In this document: one piece after another, positions 8,962 through 21,700 of the stretch
How the letters are laid out: each line of letters starts with the position of its first letter
Position numbering within the stretch: the stretch's first letter is position 1
Assembly: GCA_026395595.1 (NCBI GenBank)
Contig: JAPLYL010000005.1
Location: 76,853-140,852, forward strand
Source of the DNA: Candidatus Parcubacteria bacterium
GTDB taxonomy: Bacteria; Patescibacteriota; Minisyncoccia; Phycocordibacterales; CAIJYI01
DNA length: 64,000 nt
Direction of reading: 5' to 3'
Position numbers and translations under genes: made by a program
The notes under the pieces: generated by a model
What the model was told of the DNA's origin: nothing
Database searches by the model: none
What the model saw: the letters and a program-made list of their open reading frames with translations, nothing else

Positions 8962-10621
8962 ATGAAAATCAAGACAAAAATTTTACTTGCTTTTTCCTTT
9001 CTTCTGATTGTTGTTTTAGCAAGCGGCTATGTTTTTCTTGGAGAGATTCTTAAGGTTAAGGAGCTGATTTCAAAAAACGTTCCGCAAGATTTGCCGGTAT
9101 TTTTGGAAATGGAAAAAACGATAAACAACGGTCAAACAGCAGCCTTCTCGTTCATAATTATTGCTTGTTTTTTAATCATTTTCTTCGCCTTATTCTTTTT
9201 CTCTCTGTTCTCAAAATCCCTTAAAAGACTTCGCGATACCATAGAAAATGTTAAACACGGAAACTTAAGCGTTTGCTCCGTTCCTTTGAAAAATGACGAG
9301 ATAAGCGAGCTTTCAAAATCTTTCTGTGAAATGACTGATATCTTAAAAAACTCGCAAACAGAGGCGCAAAAAAAAGTTGAAGAACAAACGACGGAACTTT
9401 CTAAAAAAACTAAAGACCTTGATGACCAGAAAAACGCCATCTTGAATATCTTGGAAGATGTAGACAAAGAAAAGGAAAAAACAGAGGCCTTGGCAAAAGA
9501 TTTGAAAAAATTCCAACTGGCCGTAGAAAACGCGGCCGAAATGGTAGTCATTACCGACCCCGAAGGTATTTTAGTTTATGGAAACAAGGCCGTAAAAAGG
9601 ATTACCGGCTACGAGGTAAGCGATGCAATTGGAAAAAAAGCGGCTGCCTTCTGGAAAAGCCCCATGAAGAAAGAATACTATCAAGAAATGTGGCGCATTA
9701 TCAAAATCGAGAAAAAGACTTTCCACGGTCAATTGCAGAACAAAAGAAAGAACGGGGAGATATATGAAGCTGATATTTCTCTTTCACCAGTGCTTGACGA
9801 TAACGGAAACATTATTTTCTTCGTTGGCATTGAACGCGATATCACTAAAGAAAAGGAAGTAGACAGAGCAAAAACAGAATTCGTATCGCTTGCTTCGCAC
9901 CAGCTTCGTACCCCGCTTTCTTCTATCAATTGGTATACGGAAATGCTTCTCAGTGGCGAAGTCGGAGAATTAAATGACGGACAAAAAAATTATCTCAAAG
10001 AAGTGTATGCCAGCAGTCAGCGTATGGGAGACCTCGTCGGAACTCTTTTAAATGTATCACGTCTGGAACTTGGAACTTTTGATATAGACCCCTCAAAAGT
10101 AGACGTAAGCGCCATCTCAAAATCAGAATTAAACGAAATGAAACCGACGATTACAGAAAAAAAAGATCGTGATAAAAGAAACCTATGGAGAAAATGTCAC
10201 TGAATTCCAAGCGGATAAAAGATTACTAACCATAGTTCTTCAAAATCTTTTATCAAATGCCATAAAATACACCAACAACGAAGGAGAAGTGAGTATTGCC
10301 ATTCAGACGATTCCAGAAGGGTCTCTCCTTGACGGAAGAAAAATGACAGAAGAAAGTTTAGGGATAACCGTGGCCGATTCAGGAATCGGTGTTCCAAAAT
10401 CTCAACAGGACAAAATTTTTACCAAACTCTTCCGTGCCGACAATGCCGCTTCTTCCCGTACAGAAGGCACCGGTCTCGGATTATATATCGTTAAAGCCAT
10501 TGTTGAACAATCAGGAGGACAAGTGTGGTTCACTTCGGAAGAAAATATGGGAACAACCTTTTTCGTTTCCTTCCCTCGCACGGGAATGAAGAAAAAAGAA
10601 GGAACCAAATCTTTAGCCTAA
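8962..10621 (+). pseudogene. HAMP-PAS sensor histidine kinase split by a +1 frameshift at the A8 tract (10157-10164)
   Basis: ORF 8962-10203 has HAMP, PAS and HisKA (SHQLRTP); ORF 10169-10621 has the HATPase (N, G1, F, G2 boxes); removing one A joins them colinearly with the paralog at 23492. Confidence 0.85.
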
Positions 10622-10643
10622 CAGATTTAAATAGTAAAATAAT

Positions 10644-10679
10644 AAAAATTGCCGGACAGTATTTGTCCGACAATTTTTG
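10644..10679. terminator. Bidirectional terminator (imperfect stem)
   Basis: aaaaattgccggaca/tgtccgacaattttt between convergent genes. Confidence 0.6.
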
Positions 10680-10688
10680 AGATTTTGA

Positions 10689-11060
10689 TTATGAAATATG
10701 GACGAGGGCGTTATTTACTTTTTCTACGAGTTCATTAATAGGATGCTGCGATTTTACCAAGTAATCAATAGCACCGAGTCTAATGGATTCTTTTATCTGT
10801 TCATCGCCATCAAGATTAGAAATCATAATGACTGGTATTTGTTTTACGTCGGGGTCGGACTTAAGCTCTTTAAGAATTACTAAACCTGTCTTTTTCGGAA
10901 GTATAATATCCAGTAAAATAATATCGGGCATGAATTTTTTAGCGGTTGGCAATACCGCGTCTCCACTCATAACAAATTCTACGGTAAATTTCTCCCGTTC
11001 AAATTTCTCACGAAACACCTTTACCAGGGATTCTTCGTCTTCAGCAATGAGTATTTTCAT
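10689..11060 (-). CDS. Stand-alone response regulator receiver
   Basis: ILIAEDE, ILLDIILP phospho-Asp, VIMISNL, YLVK; no output domain. Confidence 0.92.
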   Translation of the reverse strand: MKILIAEDEESLVKVFREKFEREKFTVEFVMSGDAVLPTAKKFMPDIILLDIILPKKTGLVILKELKSDPDVKQIPVIMISNLDGDEQIKESIRLGAIDYLVKSQHPINELVEKVNNALVHIS

Positions 11061-11093
11061 AGCGTTATCATTATAATTGTTATTTAATATGGT

Positions 11094-12548
11094 TTATCTC
11101 TGCGATAGTTCTCGGATATTGTCTATAATATATTTCTTCGTCTTACTCGCTTTTTCACTTATCTTTTTAGCGAGAAAACCTATTTCATTCAGACCTTTTG
11201 CGCTTACGTGATTTACTTTTGCAACATCAATTATTTTTTCAGCATCTTCAGAAATGATATTAAACGTATCCCCAACATCACGCTCCGCGACGACGATTCT
11301 CCTTTCAAGCTGATTTTCCCATCTCCTATAAGAATACCACCATCCGCCGAATATCGCTATCAAGACAAGAACCAGTATAACAAAAAATTGGGATTGTGTC
11401 ATGGTCAGAGTGCCGACAGAGAAAAAGGCGTTTTCTCTGATTTTTATCGTTATGTTGGTACTTGTTTTATTGCCTGCTTTGTCTTCCGCAATAACGGAAA
11501 CAATATGATTTCCCGAAGAAAGCGCGGATAAAGTGTACTTTGTAAGAATAGTGCTGGTCGCCTGATCTCCGTCAACTAAAATCCGATAAAAATCAATACC
11601 GGAAGGCTGGTCTTTTGTTTCAAAAGAAATCGTCGGGGTGACCACATACGTGGAATTCCCTTCGTGAGACACGACATCAAAAGCGAGGGGCGGCGCCGTA
11701 TCTATACCGATCTTGTAATCAGTAACCGGGCCCCACCCGACATCATTTTTAAACCGTACATGAAGATACCAAACACCATCAGACAAACTTGGGAATGTTT
11801 TATTATCAAAAAGACCTTCGGAATTTTTGAGATCAAAAACAGGTTGTTGATCAAGAGCTGTCGCAACCCCGGTAACATCAGAAGGAAGCGACCATTGAAC
11901 AATAAAAGGAGAAAGAGAATCATACCACTGATCAGAAGACGGATATAGTGGTATGTTCAGTGCCGGTTTTGCCGGTATTTTTCCTGTCGGAACAGCGATA
12001 CGTTTGATTATTTGAACAGGAGGAACTTTCGGTGCAGGAATAACTCGAGACGCTTCTTGTTTGGTTATACTAGTGATATTCAAACCTTTCATGGCAGAAA
12101 GGACGTTTGTCCCATTGCCGTCAGCGGCCGTAATGGCGCCGTTACTAAAAGAAATTTCTGCGGGACCGGAACCTACCACCTTAAAAGTAATGCGAAGCGC
12201 CTGAAGAGTTTTTCCCGTTAATCCGCTTGAAGAACCTCCGATGAACAAAACCTCCCCCGCTGAATTATCAACGGTCGGTTCCTGCAACCAAAAAGAAAAA
12301 ACGGAATTGGTTTTGTCTGTTTCTTTTTCTTGCAAAACGCCAACGGGAAAATTTATAGAGGCCTGTGCTGCGTTTATTCCCACGCCTTCACTGTCTATTT
12401 TTACATCAACACTGAATTCATCGCCTATCGCGAACTGAGTTTTATCCGTAATAAGGTTTAACGTTCCTGCATAGGCCGGTAGTGCAACAACAAAGAGAGA
12501 GATGATACCGGTTACGAAATATACTATGAAACTTTTTATATGGTGCAT
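11094..12548 (-). CDS. Membrane-anchored cohesin-domain protein with Ig-like domains
   Basis: Signal peptide (AYA); cohesin-like beta sandwich (GDEFSVDV..INAAQASINF..ITFKVVGSG-x-A-x-ISF); P-rich linker; Ig-like domains (DGVWYLHV, AEDKAGN); C-terminal TM and cytoplasmic coil; probable start ATG 12548. Confidence 0.8.
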   Translation of the reverse strand: MHHIKSFIVYFVTGIISLFVVALPAYAGTLNLITDKTQFAIGDEFSVDVKIDSEGVGINAAQASINFPVGVLQEKETDKTNSVFSFWLQEPTVDNSAGEVLFIGGSSSGLTGKTLQALRITFKVVGSGPAEISFSNGAITAADGNGTNVLSAMKGLNITSITKQEASRVIPAPKVPPVQIIKRIAVPTGKIPAKPALNIPLYPSSDQWYDSLSPFIVQWSLPSDVTGVATALDQQPVFDLKNSEGLFDNKTFPSLSDGVWYLHVRFKNDVGWGPVTDYKIGIDTAPPLAFDVVSHEGNSTYVVTPTISFETKDQPSGIDFYRILVDGDQATSTILTKYTLSALSSGNHIVSVIAEDKAGNKTSTNITIKIRENAFFSVGTLTMTQSQFFVILVLVLIAIFGGWWYSYRRWENQLERRIVVAERDVGDTFNIISEDAEKIIDVAKVNHVSAKGLNEIGFLAKKISEKASKTKKYIIDNIRELSQR

Positions 12549-12632
12549 ATTTTTAAGATACTTGCTTCTATTTATTATATCTCCATTTTGCAAACGTATC
12601 AATAAAATAAAGGGGAAAACCGAGACGACGGA

Positions 12633-12674
12633 GAAAAAAGCAAAAAGAAACAAGGAAAAAGAAGACAGAAAGAT
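12633..12674. repeat. Degenerate heptamer array (G plus A-rich 6-mer) x6
   Basis: gaaaaaa gcaaaaa gaaacaa ggaaaaa gaagaca gaaagat. Confidence 0.6.
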
Positions 12675-12711
12675 ACAAACACTGCCGGATTATACTCGGC
12701 AGTGTTTGTAT
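12673..12711 (-). terminator. 15-bp perfect hairpin between the giant protein gene and the cohesin gene
   Basis: atacaaacactgccg/cggcagtgtttgtat followed by a pyrimidine tract on the minus strand. Confidence 0.7.
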
Positions 12712-12725
12712 TCTTTTCTCTCTTT

Positions 12726-15700
12726 TTACTTTTTAAGTGTTTTAACAAAGATACTCAGGTCTTGTATATTCACTTTTCCGTCTCCATTCAGGTCGTCTTT
12801 CGCTTTAAGAGTCGCGTTAGCGGACTGCCATCGGGAAACAAAAATGCTGTAATCTTGAATTCCTATTGTTCCGTCTCCGTTAAAGTCCATGTTTGGAGTG
12901 AAGATATTTACGACCGAGAATACTTCCTGAGGAGAGTAATCGCTTTTGAGTCCGGCAGGGCTGACTTGACGCGTACGAACCATATGGCTTCCAAAACCAA
13001 GGTCAAAGGTCGGAACAAGCGCTTTGTAAACTCCTTTACTGTCTACCGTTGCCGTAATAACCGTTGGCTGATTATCTATTTGAATTTCAATTTTATAGCC
13101 CGGTGCTCCCGCTCCCGTTATTCCGAGAACGTCGCCTTTTGTTACCGCCCCGCGAGCCAAACCAATGGTAGGAGAGAGCAAAATGCCATTAACATCAAGC
13201 TGTAATAAAGCGTTGGCTTGGTTGGCATCAAAAATCTTTACCTGTGTAGTGTTGTTATTTTTATCAGTTCCAACAATCCCATAAGAACGTGCGCCGCCGG
13301 TAAGTCCGCTAAATGAGAGAACGAAGTTTCCATTTGAAGTCGCAACTCCTTTTTTTGCTTGGAGAGAATCCGTTCCTCCGATAGCCACAACATTTAAGAC
13401 GGCTCCGGGAAATGCTTTACCCGTGAAGCGAACGCCGGAAACAGACGGGAGAGAGGCAATACCGGCAATGTTCACGATAGTCGGCGGTACAAATACGGCA
13501 TTAAAGATAAGTGTTTGCGTAGAGGAAACCCCTAATCCGGTTGACTGACTATCAATGAGCGAAAGCGTTATCGTTTCTGCAACCGTATCTCTGATCGTCA
13601 TCGTACCAACACCGTTTACCATAGTAACCACCCCGCCACCAGTAGCAGAACCGGAAGTGACGAGGGTAACATTGTGGTTGTAGTTTGCATCAACATTTCC
13701 ATTAACATCTTCCGCACGGATAGTCACTGTCGTAGGAAGATTAATCGTTCCATTAGAAACAGGTTGAATGGTAAAATGCGTTGCGGTAATTATCGCGAGG
13801 GTTACGGTTACTGAGTCAGCAGCATCTTGGATACCCGTCGTTCCATTGGCAATCGGAGTGCCGTCAGAAGCGGTGATAACCCACGTGCCAGGCGCCTCTT
13901 CGTAATACCAGAAGTTTGTCGTTGCAGACCCATCGGCAAAGGCAACAAGATCGGTCAGGAAACCTCCCGTGGCAACATCATAAAATTTTGAAGAGGTCGT
14001 TGCGGCGCTTGAATAGAGGTAAGCAGAAACGATTCCTGAAGTCACGAGATTATCAAAGGTATCTTTTCTGGTAAGTGTGTACTCAAGGCGAGTACCAGCG
14101 GTCATGTTTCCAGGATTATCAATGGTAAACTTTGAGATAGAAGAAGGGGCGACGGCAAAAGTTCTATTAGAGCCTGTCATACCAGGGGCAGTTCCGGCGA
14201 CCGTAACGGTTGCGGATCCGGCCAATTCATCGTAATACCAGAAACGAGCGATGGATTGCCCTTCAAGAATGTTTACCGAAGTGATAACACTTCCTCCTGA
14301 CACGGCGTCATAAAATCTTTTTACACCAGCAGAGGAAGAATCAAGAGTCACATTCGTAACACCGGTAGTAATAAGGTTTCCAAATTGATCTTTTCTAGTG
14401 ACCGTAAACCCGAGTCGCGCTCCCGCTGCGGTATCTCCCGGGTTATCAATGAAAAGTTGTTTTGCTTCTCCTGTGGAAAATATAGCATCAGCGGTTGAAG
14501 AAACATTGAGCCCGGTTGATTGAACGTCAGAGAGTGTTAAATGAACCGTCTCCGCATTATGGTCGGAAATCTGGATTGTACCAACTCCATCGGTAAGAGT
14601 TACCAACCCCGCTCCTGTGGCTGCCCCCGAAGTAAGAAGCATGACACTGCTGGTCGCGGTAGTATCAAGACTTCCCATATCATCCTGGGCTTGTATGGTA
14701 ATGGTTATCGGGCTATCAACCGTTCCTGATGACGGGGGGATAATAACAAACTTTGTAGCAACGATGGGGGCGGGACTGACATTTACGCTTGCCGTACCAT
14801 CAGTAACGCCCAAAGCGTCGGGACCGGAAATACTATCGGAAGCAGTGACCGTATAAAGCCCAGCGACTTCTTCGTAGTACCAGAAATGAGCCAAAGAAGA
14901 ACCATCACCAATAGAAACATTTGATATCGGATTCCCCAGTGTTGCCGAATCATAGAACTGTCTATTGTCCACTCCGAGAGCTCCCGCCGTCGTATAAAGG
15001 TATGCGGTGGTATTGCCGGAAGTAACAAGATTTCCGAATTGATCTTTTCGCGTAACCGTATATCCAAGTCGGGTCTTTGCCGTCATATCGCCAGCATTAT
15101 TGAGAGTAAAAGAACTTACCGGACCGGGAGTAACAGAAAGTACTTTGACGGCATCGCTGATACCAGCAGCGCCGTTTGCTGTTGGAGTTCCATCGGAAGC
15201 GGTAATGGTTACCGTTCCGGGAGCTTCGTCATAATACCAAAAGTTTGCGGTTTGCTGTCCAGAGAGAAGAGTAATTGAAGTAATCGGCGTGCCAGCTGTT
15301 TCTGCATCATAGAATTTTTTATTTGGGCTGACGGAAGAGCTGTAAAGATAGGCCGTAATCTCATCTTGAGAAGTGGAGTTTCCGTGCTGATCTTTACGAC
15401 TGATCGTATAACCGACACGGCTTCCTGCCGAGAGCGTTGTTGGCTCAGTGAGAGAAAATTGAGTGGTTGCTCCGCCAAGCCATTGAACCGTTGCAGAAGA
15501 ATCAACATTGAGTCCGGCTCCTTCGCTATCAGTAAGAGTAAGGTGTATAGATTCGGCTACCGTGTTGGAAAGATTTTTTGTTCCGACTCCATTAACGATA
15601 TTTACTAAGCCGTCGCCAGTAACTGAACCATCGGCATTAAGGGTTACATCTTCTTGAAAACTCGCATCAACATCGCCGTTCTCTTTTTGCGCTTGTACCG

Positions 15701-18700
15701 TAATCGTTAAAGGAGAATCAACACTCGTTGAGCTGGCGGTAAGAATCACAAATTTTACAGCAACGGGAATAACGGTAACATCTCTTGTTGCGTCATTGAT
15801 GCCAACATCAAGGTCTGCGGTGGGGGTGTGATCGGAAGCGGTAAGCGTATAGGTTCCCGGCATATCATCGTAATACCAGAAATTGGCAAGAGCGGAACCA
15901 TCGGTAAAATCAATGGAAGTAATGACGTTGTCCGTTAATGAATCATCATAGAATTTTTTATCAGTACTGGTGGAATTTGAATATAGGTATGCGGTTTGTG
16001 TCCCTGCCAATACGGCATTGCTGTATTGGTCTTTGCGCGTAATCTGAAAACCGAGACGAGTACGAGCATTCATATTACCCGGACTATTAAGAGAAAAGTC
16101 GGTCACTGCACCGGGAGCAAAAACCAAATCTTGCGCCGAAGTAACCGAGAGAAGAGTGCTTTGGCTATCGGTGAGAGTAAGGTGAACCGTTTCCGCGACC
16201 GTATCAGAGAGAGAAAGCGTCCCTTCCCCGTTGGTGATGGAAACCAGTCCTCCTCCCGTGGCCGTCGTGCCAGAAGTATTCAAAGTAACATCATCCTGGT
16301 AATCCGTATCAATCACTCCGTTCGCTTTTTGCGCTTGAACGGTTACCGTTACGGACGAGTCAACCGTTCCCGCCGTCGGAGGGATAATAACAAATTGGGT
16401 TGCCGCATGAGCGACCGTAAATACCTGAGCGTTAGAGGTTCCTCCTCCCGGAGCGGGATTAGTAACCGTAATAAGAGCGCTGGAAGTTGCCGTAATCACA
16501 TCGCTTGTTAAAATTTCTGCCGTGAGTTGCGCCGAAGTAACAAAAGAGGTAGTTCTTGACGATCCGTTAAATTTTACGACTGAATTGGAGAGAAAGCCGC
16601 TTCCGTTTACCATCAAAGTAAATCCGGAATCTCCTGCATCTTTTGAAGATGGGCTGATATTCGTAATTATCGGCACGGGGTTTCTAATGCTTGCCGTAAT
16701 ACCGGTAGGTTGAGTAAGTATGTAATTTGTCGCATCGGTTCCAGACAAAGAGAGGCCGCTTATCGTAACCGGTTTATCAAGTCCAACATTTGCAGAATCA
16801 AAAGTTCCGACAGCAACCGATGAGTTGATGGTAACAATATCGCCTAAAATAACGCCGACCAAACTTGCGCTCGTGGTATTCACCACCGCTGTGTCATTGC
16901 CGTCATAGACTTTATCGTCCGCCATTACGCCGGTAACGGTAATGGTTTTTGCGGTAACATTCCCAACCACGTCAAGCGGATTAGTGACGATGTAATTTTC
17001 TGAATCAGTTCCAGAAAGAGCGACAGAAGAAACATTGACCGCCTTGCCGGTTCCAACCGTTTTATCTGAAAAAGATCCGGAACGCGAAGCGATGGAAACC
17101 GTGTCAGGAGAAATAATGCCAACAAGGGAACCACCGGTAAGGGTTACGGTAATTCCTCCATCGTATTCTTTAGTGGTAGCAAGCATTCCGGTAACAGTAA
17201 GCGCTTTCGCGGTGATATCTCCCGTGATACCGATAGGATTGGTGACCGTATAATTTCCTGCATCGGTTCCTCCAAGGACAACGGACGTAACCGTTATGGA
17301 TTTTCCCGTCCCGACCGTTTCATCAGCAAAAGAACCAACGCGAGAAGATATGGAAACATCATCGGGGATTATAACACCGACGAGCGTTCCTCCAACGAGC
17401 GTTGCCGACGTTCCTCGATCGTATTCCCTGCTTTCCGCCGTCATACCGGTAACCGTTAAAGCTTTCGCGGTGATATTTGCCGTACCAACGGTTGGAAGCG
17501 TAACGGTGTAATTATCTTTATCTGTTCCTCCAAGGGTAATGGAGTCAACCGTTACTGTTTTTCCATTTCCAACCGCTTTATCCGCAAAAGAAGCGGAAGT
17601 TGAGGAAAGAGTAACTATATCAGGGGAAATAACTCCGACTAAAGAACCGCCGGTAACCGTTGCCGTAGTAAAACTATCATAGGCTTTGTTCTCTGCCGTC
17701 ATACCGGTAACCGTCAAAGTTTTTGGGGTAATGTTAGCGATACCGACCGTCGGGAGCGTAACCGTGTAATTATCTTTATCTACTCCTCCGAGAGTGATGG
17801 AATTCACCGTAACCGTTTTCCCATTTCCGACAAATTTATCGGCAAAAGAAGCGGAAGTTGAGGAAAGAGTAACAACGTCGGGAGAAATAATTCCAACCAA
17901 GGAACCGCCGGTAACCGTTGCGGTTATTCCTCCGTCGTATTCTTTGCTATCAGCCGTCATTCCTGTGACCGTCAGTGCTTTCACCGTGATTGTTCCCATA
18001 ACATCAGTCGGGGCGGTAACGGTGTAGTTTGAAGAGTCGGTTCCAGCTATAGTAACAGAAGAAACATTGACCGCTTTACCTGTTCCAACCGTTTTTGTTG
18101 CAAAGGTTCCTGTGCGGGTGTCTATGGAGACAACGTCGGGGTTAATTACTCCGACAAGAGAACCACCGGTGAGAGTTGCGGTAATTCCTCCGTCATATTC
18201 TTTGGTAGTGGCTAACATTCCCGTGACGGTCAGAGCTTTCGCAGTTATCGTTCCGGTAACATCGGTCGGTGCGGTAACCGTATAGTTTGAAGGGTCAGTT
18301 CCGGAAAGAGTCACGGAAGAAACATTGACTGCTTTACCTGCTCCTACCGTTTTGGTTGTGAATGTTCCAACACGAGTGTTAATGGAAACAACATCGGGAT
18401 TGATGACCCCAACTAAAGTACCACCGGTAAGAGTTGCTGTGATACCGCCATCATATTCTTTAGTAGTCGCTAACATTCCCGTAACGGTCAAAGCTTTCGC
18501 GGTAATATCACCAGTAACATCGGTTGGATTGGTAACGGTATAATTTGAAGAATCTCCTCCTGTCAAAGTGACGGAAGTTACATTTACCGTTTTTCCGGCT
18601 CCAACCGTTTTGGTTGCGAATGTTCCAGTGCGAGTGTTAATGGAAACAACATCGGGATTGATGATTCCGACGAGTGTTCCGTTTGTGAGGGTCACTGTCG

Positions 18701-21700
18701 TTCCTCCATCGTACTCTTTGATAGTAGCAAGCATTCCGGTAACGGTAAGCGCTTTTGCCGTAATAGCTCCCGTGACATCAATTGGCGCAGTGACCGTGTA
18801 ATTTGAAGAGTCAGTTCCGGTAAGAGTGACGGAAGAAACATTGACTGTCTTACCTGTTCCTACCGTTTTGGTTGCGAATGTTCCAGTGCGAGTATCTATG
18901 GAAACGACATCTGGATTGATGACTCCAACAAGAGAACCACCGGTAAGAGTTGCCGTGATACCGCCATCATATTCTTTAGCGGTCGCAGTCATTCCCGTAA
19001 CGGTCAAAGCTTTTGCCGTAATAGCTCCCGTGACATCAGTCGGCGCAGTGACCGTGTAATTTGAAGAGTCAGTTCCGGTAAGAGTGACGGAAGAAACATT
19101 TACCGTCTTACCCGTTCCAACCGTTTTTATGTCAAAGGTTCCGACGCGAGTGTTGATGGAAACGACATCAGGAGAAATTATACCGACGAGAGAACCGCCG
19201 GTCAGGGTCGCCGTCACTCCTCCGTCATATTCTTTAGTGGTAGCGAGCATTCCTGTAACCGTCAGCGCTTTTGCCGTAATCGTTCCAATAACATCGGTCG
19301 GATTGGTAACCGTGTAGTTCGTTGCATCTGCACCGATTAAAGTAACAGATGTAACGTTTACCGTTTTTCCGGTACCAGCCGTTTTTGTGGCGAAGGTTCC
19401 AACGCGAGTATTAATAGAAACAACGTCTGGAGAAATTATGCCGACGAGAGAACCGCCTGTGAGAGTCGCGGTCAATCCACCGTCATATTCTTTGGTGGTT
19501 GCTTGCATGCCGGTGACGGTCAACGCTTTCGCGGTGATAGTTCCGGTAACATCAGTAGGATTCGTAACGGTATAGTTTCCTGAAGCACTGCCGTTTAATG
19601 TAACAGAAGTTACGTCCACGGTTTTTCCTGTTCCGACAGTCTTAGTAGCAAATGTTCCGGTTCGTGTATTAATAGTAATAACATCTCCGGAAACAACACC
19701 GACAAGAGAACCGTCCGTAAGGGTTGCCGTTACTCCGCCGTCATATTCTTTAGTTGTCGCGAGCATTCCGGTAACAGTGAGCGCTTTTGCGGTCATAGTT
19801 TGCGCAACCGCGCTTGAAGTACTTCCTGAGAAAGTTGTATCGCCTCCGTATACCGCCGTAATAGAATGTGGGGAACCGGCAACAGAAAGCGTGCTCGTTG
19901 AGTAAGTCGCCACGCCAGCGCTCAATGTTCCCGTTCCGATAGTCGTCACTCCGTCTTTGAAGGTAACCGTTCCAGTTGCAGGGCCTCCGCTTGCGGGAGT
20001 GACGGTTGCGGTGAAAGTAACAGAAGTGCCATATGTCTGAGGAGTCAAAGAAGTACCAAGTGCTGTCATGGTCGTAACTTTATCAACGGAGACAACAGGA
20101 GAAGAAGCGATATTGGTTAAAGTTCCAGAATCAGAAATTTTTGTCTGTGTTGTAAAAGTGGAATTACCGGTAGTATCCGGTGCCGTAGCATTGTTGTAGG
20201 AAACGACCATGGTCTGCGGAGCGGTCAACCCTAAAATGCGAGTATTGATAACTCCGCTACCGGGAAAAGTCGGCACTCCGGGGCCGACAAGAAAATCGTC
20301 TACGTTTATAGTCGTTGCTCCGATGTTCGTAACATATTTAATACCGAAACTGTTTACTGAAGTGCGGGTCCCTGTAAGAGTTAATTTTTGGTACGTCCAC
20401 GTATTCGCGGAAAGCGCTCCGATATTAATGCTTCCGATCGGGCTGGAAACATCGCTCGCGTCATCATACACAAATTGCAAATCTCCCGCGTTAGCCGCGA
20501 CCGCTGAACGAATCCAAAAACCGACAGTCGTATAACCGGACCAGTTTTGAGTCGCGCCTAAAGTCTGATACCAGCTATCCCCGGCCGTAGCGCCGGCAGT
20601 CAAAACATTTTTCAGAGAACCGGTTCCTTCGTGAACGACGCTCGCATCCAAAGAAAGTGTCTGTAAAGCCGAAGTCGGTGCCGTCCAACCGGTTGTCGCA
20701 TCGCCATAATTAATAATAGAACCCATCGCGTCTATATCTATAGTAAGAGCGCCCTTGTCATTCACCTGTCGCAAACCATACGAACGAATAGAGCTCGCGC
20801 CGAGATTGGGAATGGAAAGCGTTACATACGTCCAAGTATTCGCGGACAGAGCGGGCAAACTGACCGTATCGGTAATAGAGAAAAGACTGGCGGAATTATC
20901 ATCTACCCAAGCAAAATCTCCGGCGTTCAAAGCCACGCTGGAACGAACCCAGAAGCTTACTTTATTTCCGGGAAGAATAGTAAGCGCTGTTGATGTGCGA
21001 TAGCATTCTCCGTTCGCTCCGGTTCCAGCGGTTCCCGCGTAAGTACAGCGAATGGAGTTCGTTCCCTCTTGTCCGCTTCCAACCGCAGAAATAGAAATGT
21101 TTGCATCCCCCGTCCAGTTCGTCGTTACGTCGGCAGCATCAAAAAGAATGGAGACCGAATCCAATTTTATGGTTGCGGCGCCAAGGTCGGTCGTATAACG
21201 CAATCCGTAAGAAAGTTGAGAGGTTCTCGCCACGCCTAAAGTGACAGAAGTATATTTCCATGTATTTGCCGTAAGCGCCGCAATAGCCAATGTATCCAAA
21301 GGAGATGCCAAACTGGCGCTATTATCGTCTTGCCAAGAAAGATCTCCGCTCGCCGTATTCACGCTGGATTTAATCCACATGCCGACACGCTGTCCATTTG
21401 CACCGTTAGCGGCAGTACCCCAACTCGTCGCTCCTCCGTAATTGAAGTACCATTGTTCATTCGCGGCAGCATTTGCGGTGATAGCATTTGAAAGAGAGCC
21501 TGTTCCCTCTTGTTTATCTCCCGTATCCGCAGAAAGAGTCATATGCTGATTCGCGGTCCAGCCGGAAATACTATCAAGCGTGTTCAAAACCGTGGCGACA
21601 ATTCCACTCGCGGAAGCAACCGTCGTGTAGCCTGCCGTGGCCGGCGTACTATTGGGAGCGCTCCAACCTGAAGGAACGGTGATGTTGAAACCTCCGCTAT

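Noticed and set aside
10150-10170. Programmed -1 ribosomal frameshift
   Set aside because: The downstream HATPase is in the +1 frame, and a -1 slip reads AGA TCG TGA and stops.
16690-19790. Regularly spaced repeats as a CRISPR array, and the recurring 62-77 aa plus-strand ORFs as a gene family
   Set aside because: The 258-bp period is a protein domain repeat within one ORF, with no short repeat/unique spacer structure and no cas genes; the plus-strand ORFs are antisense shadows.
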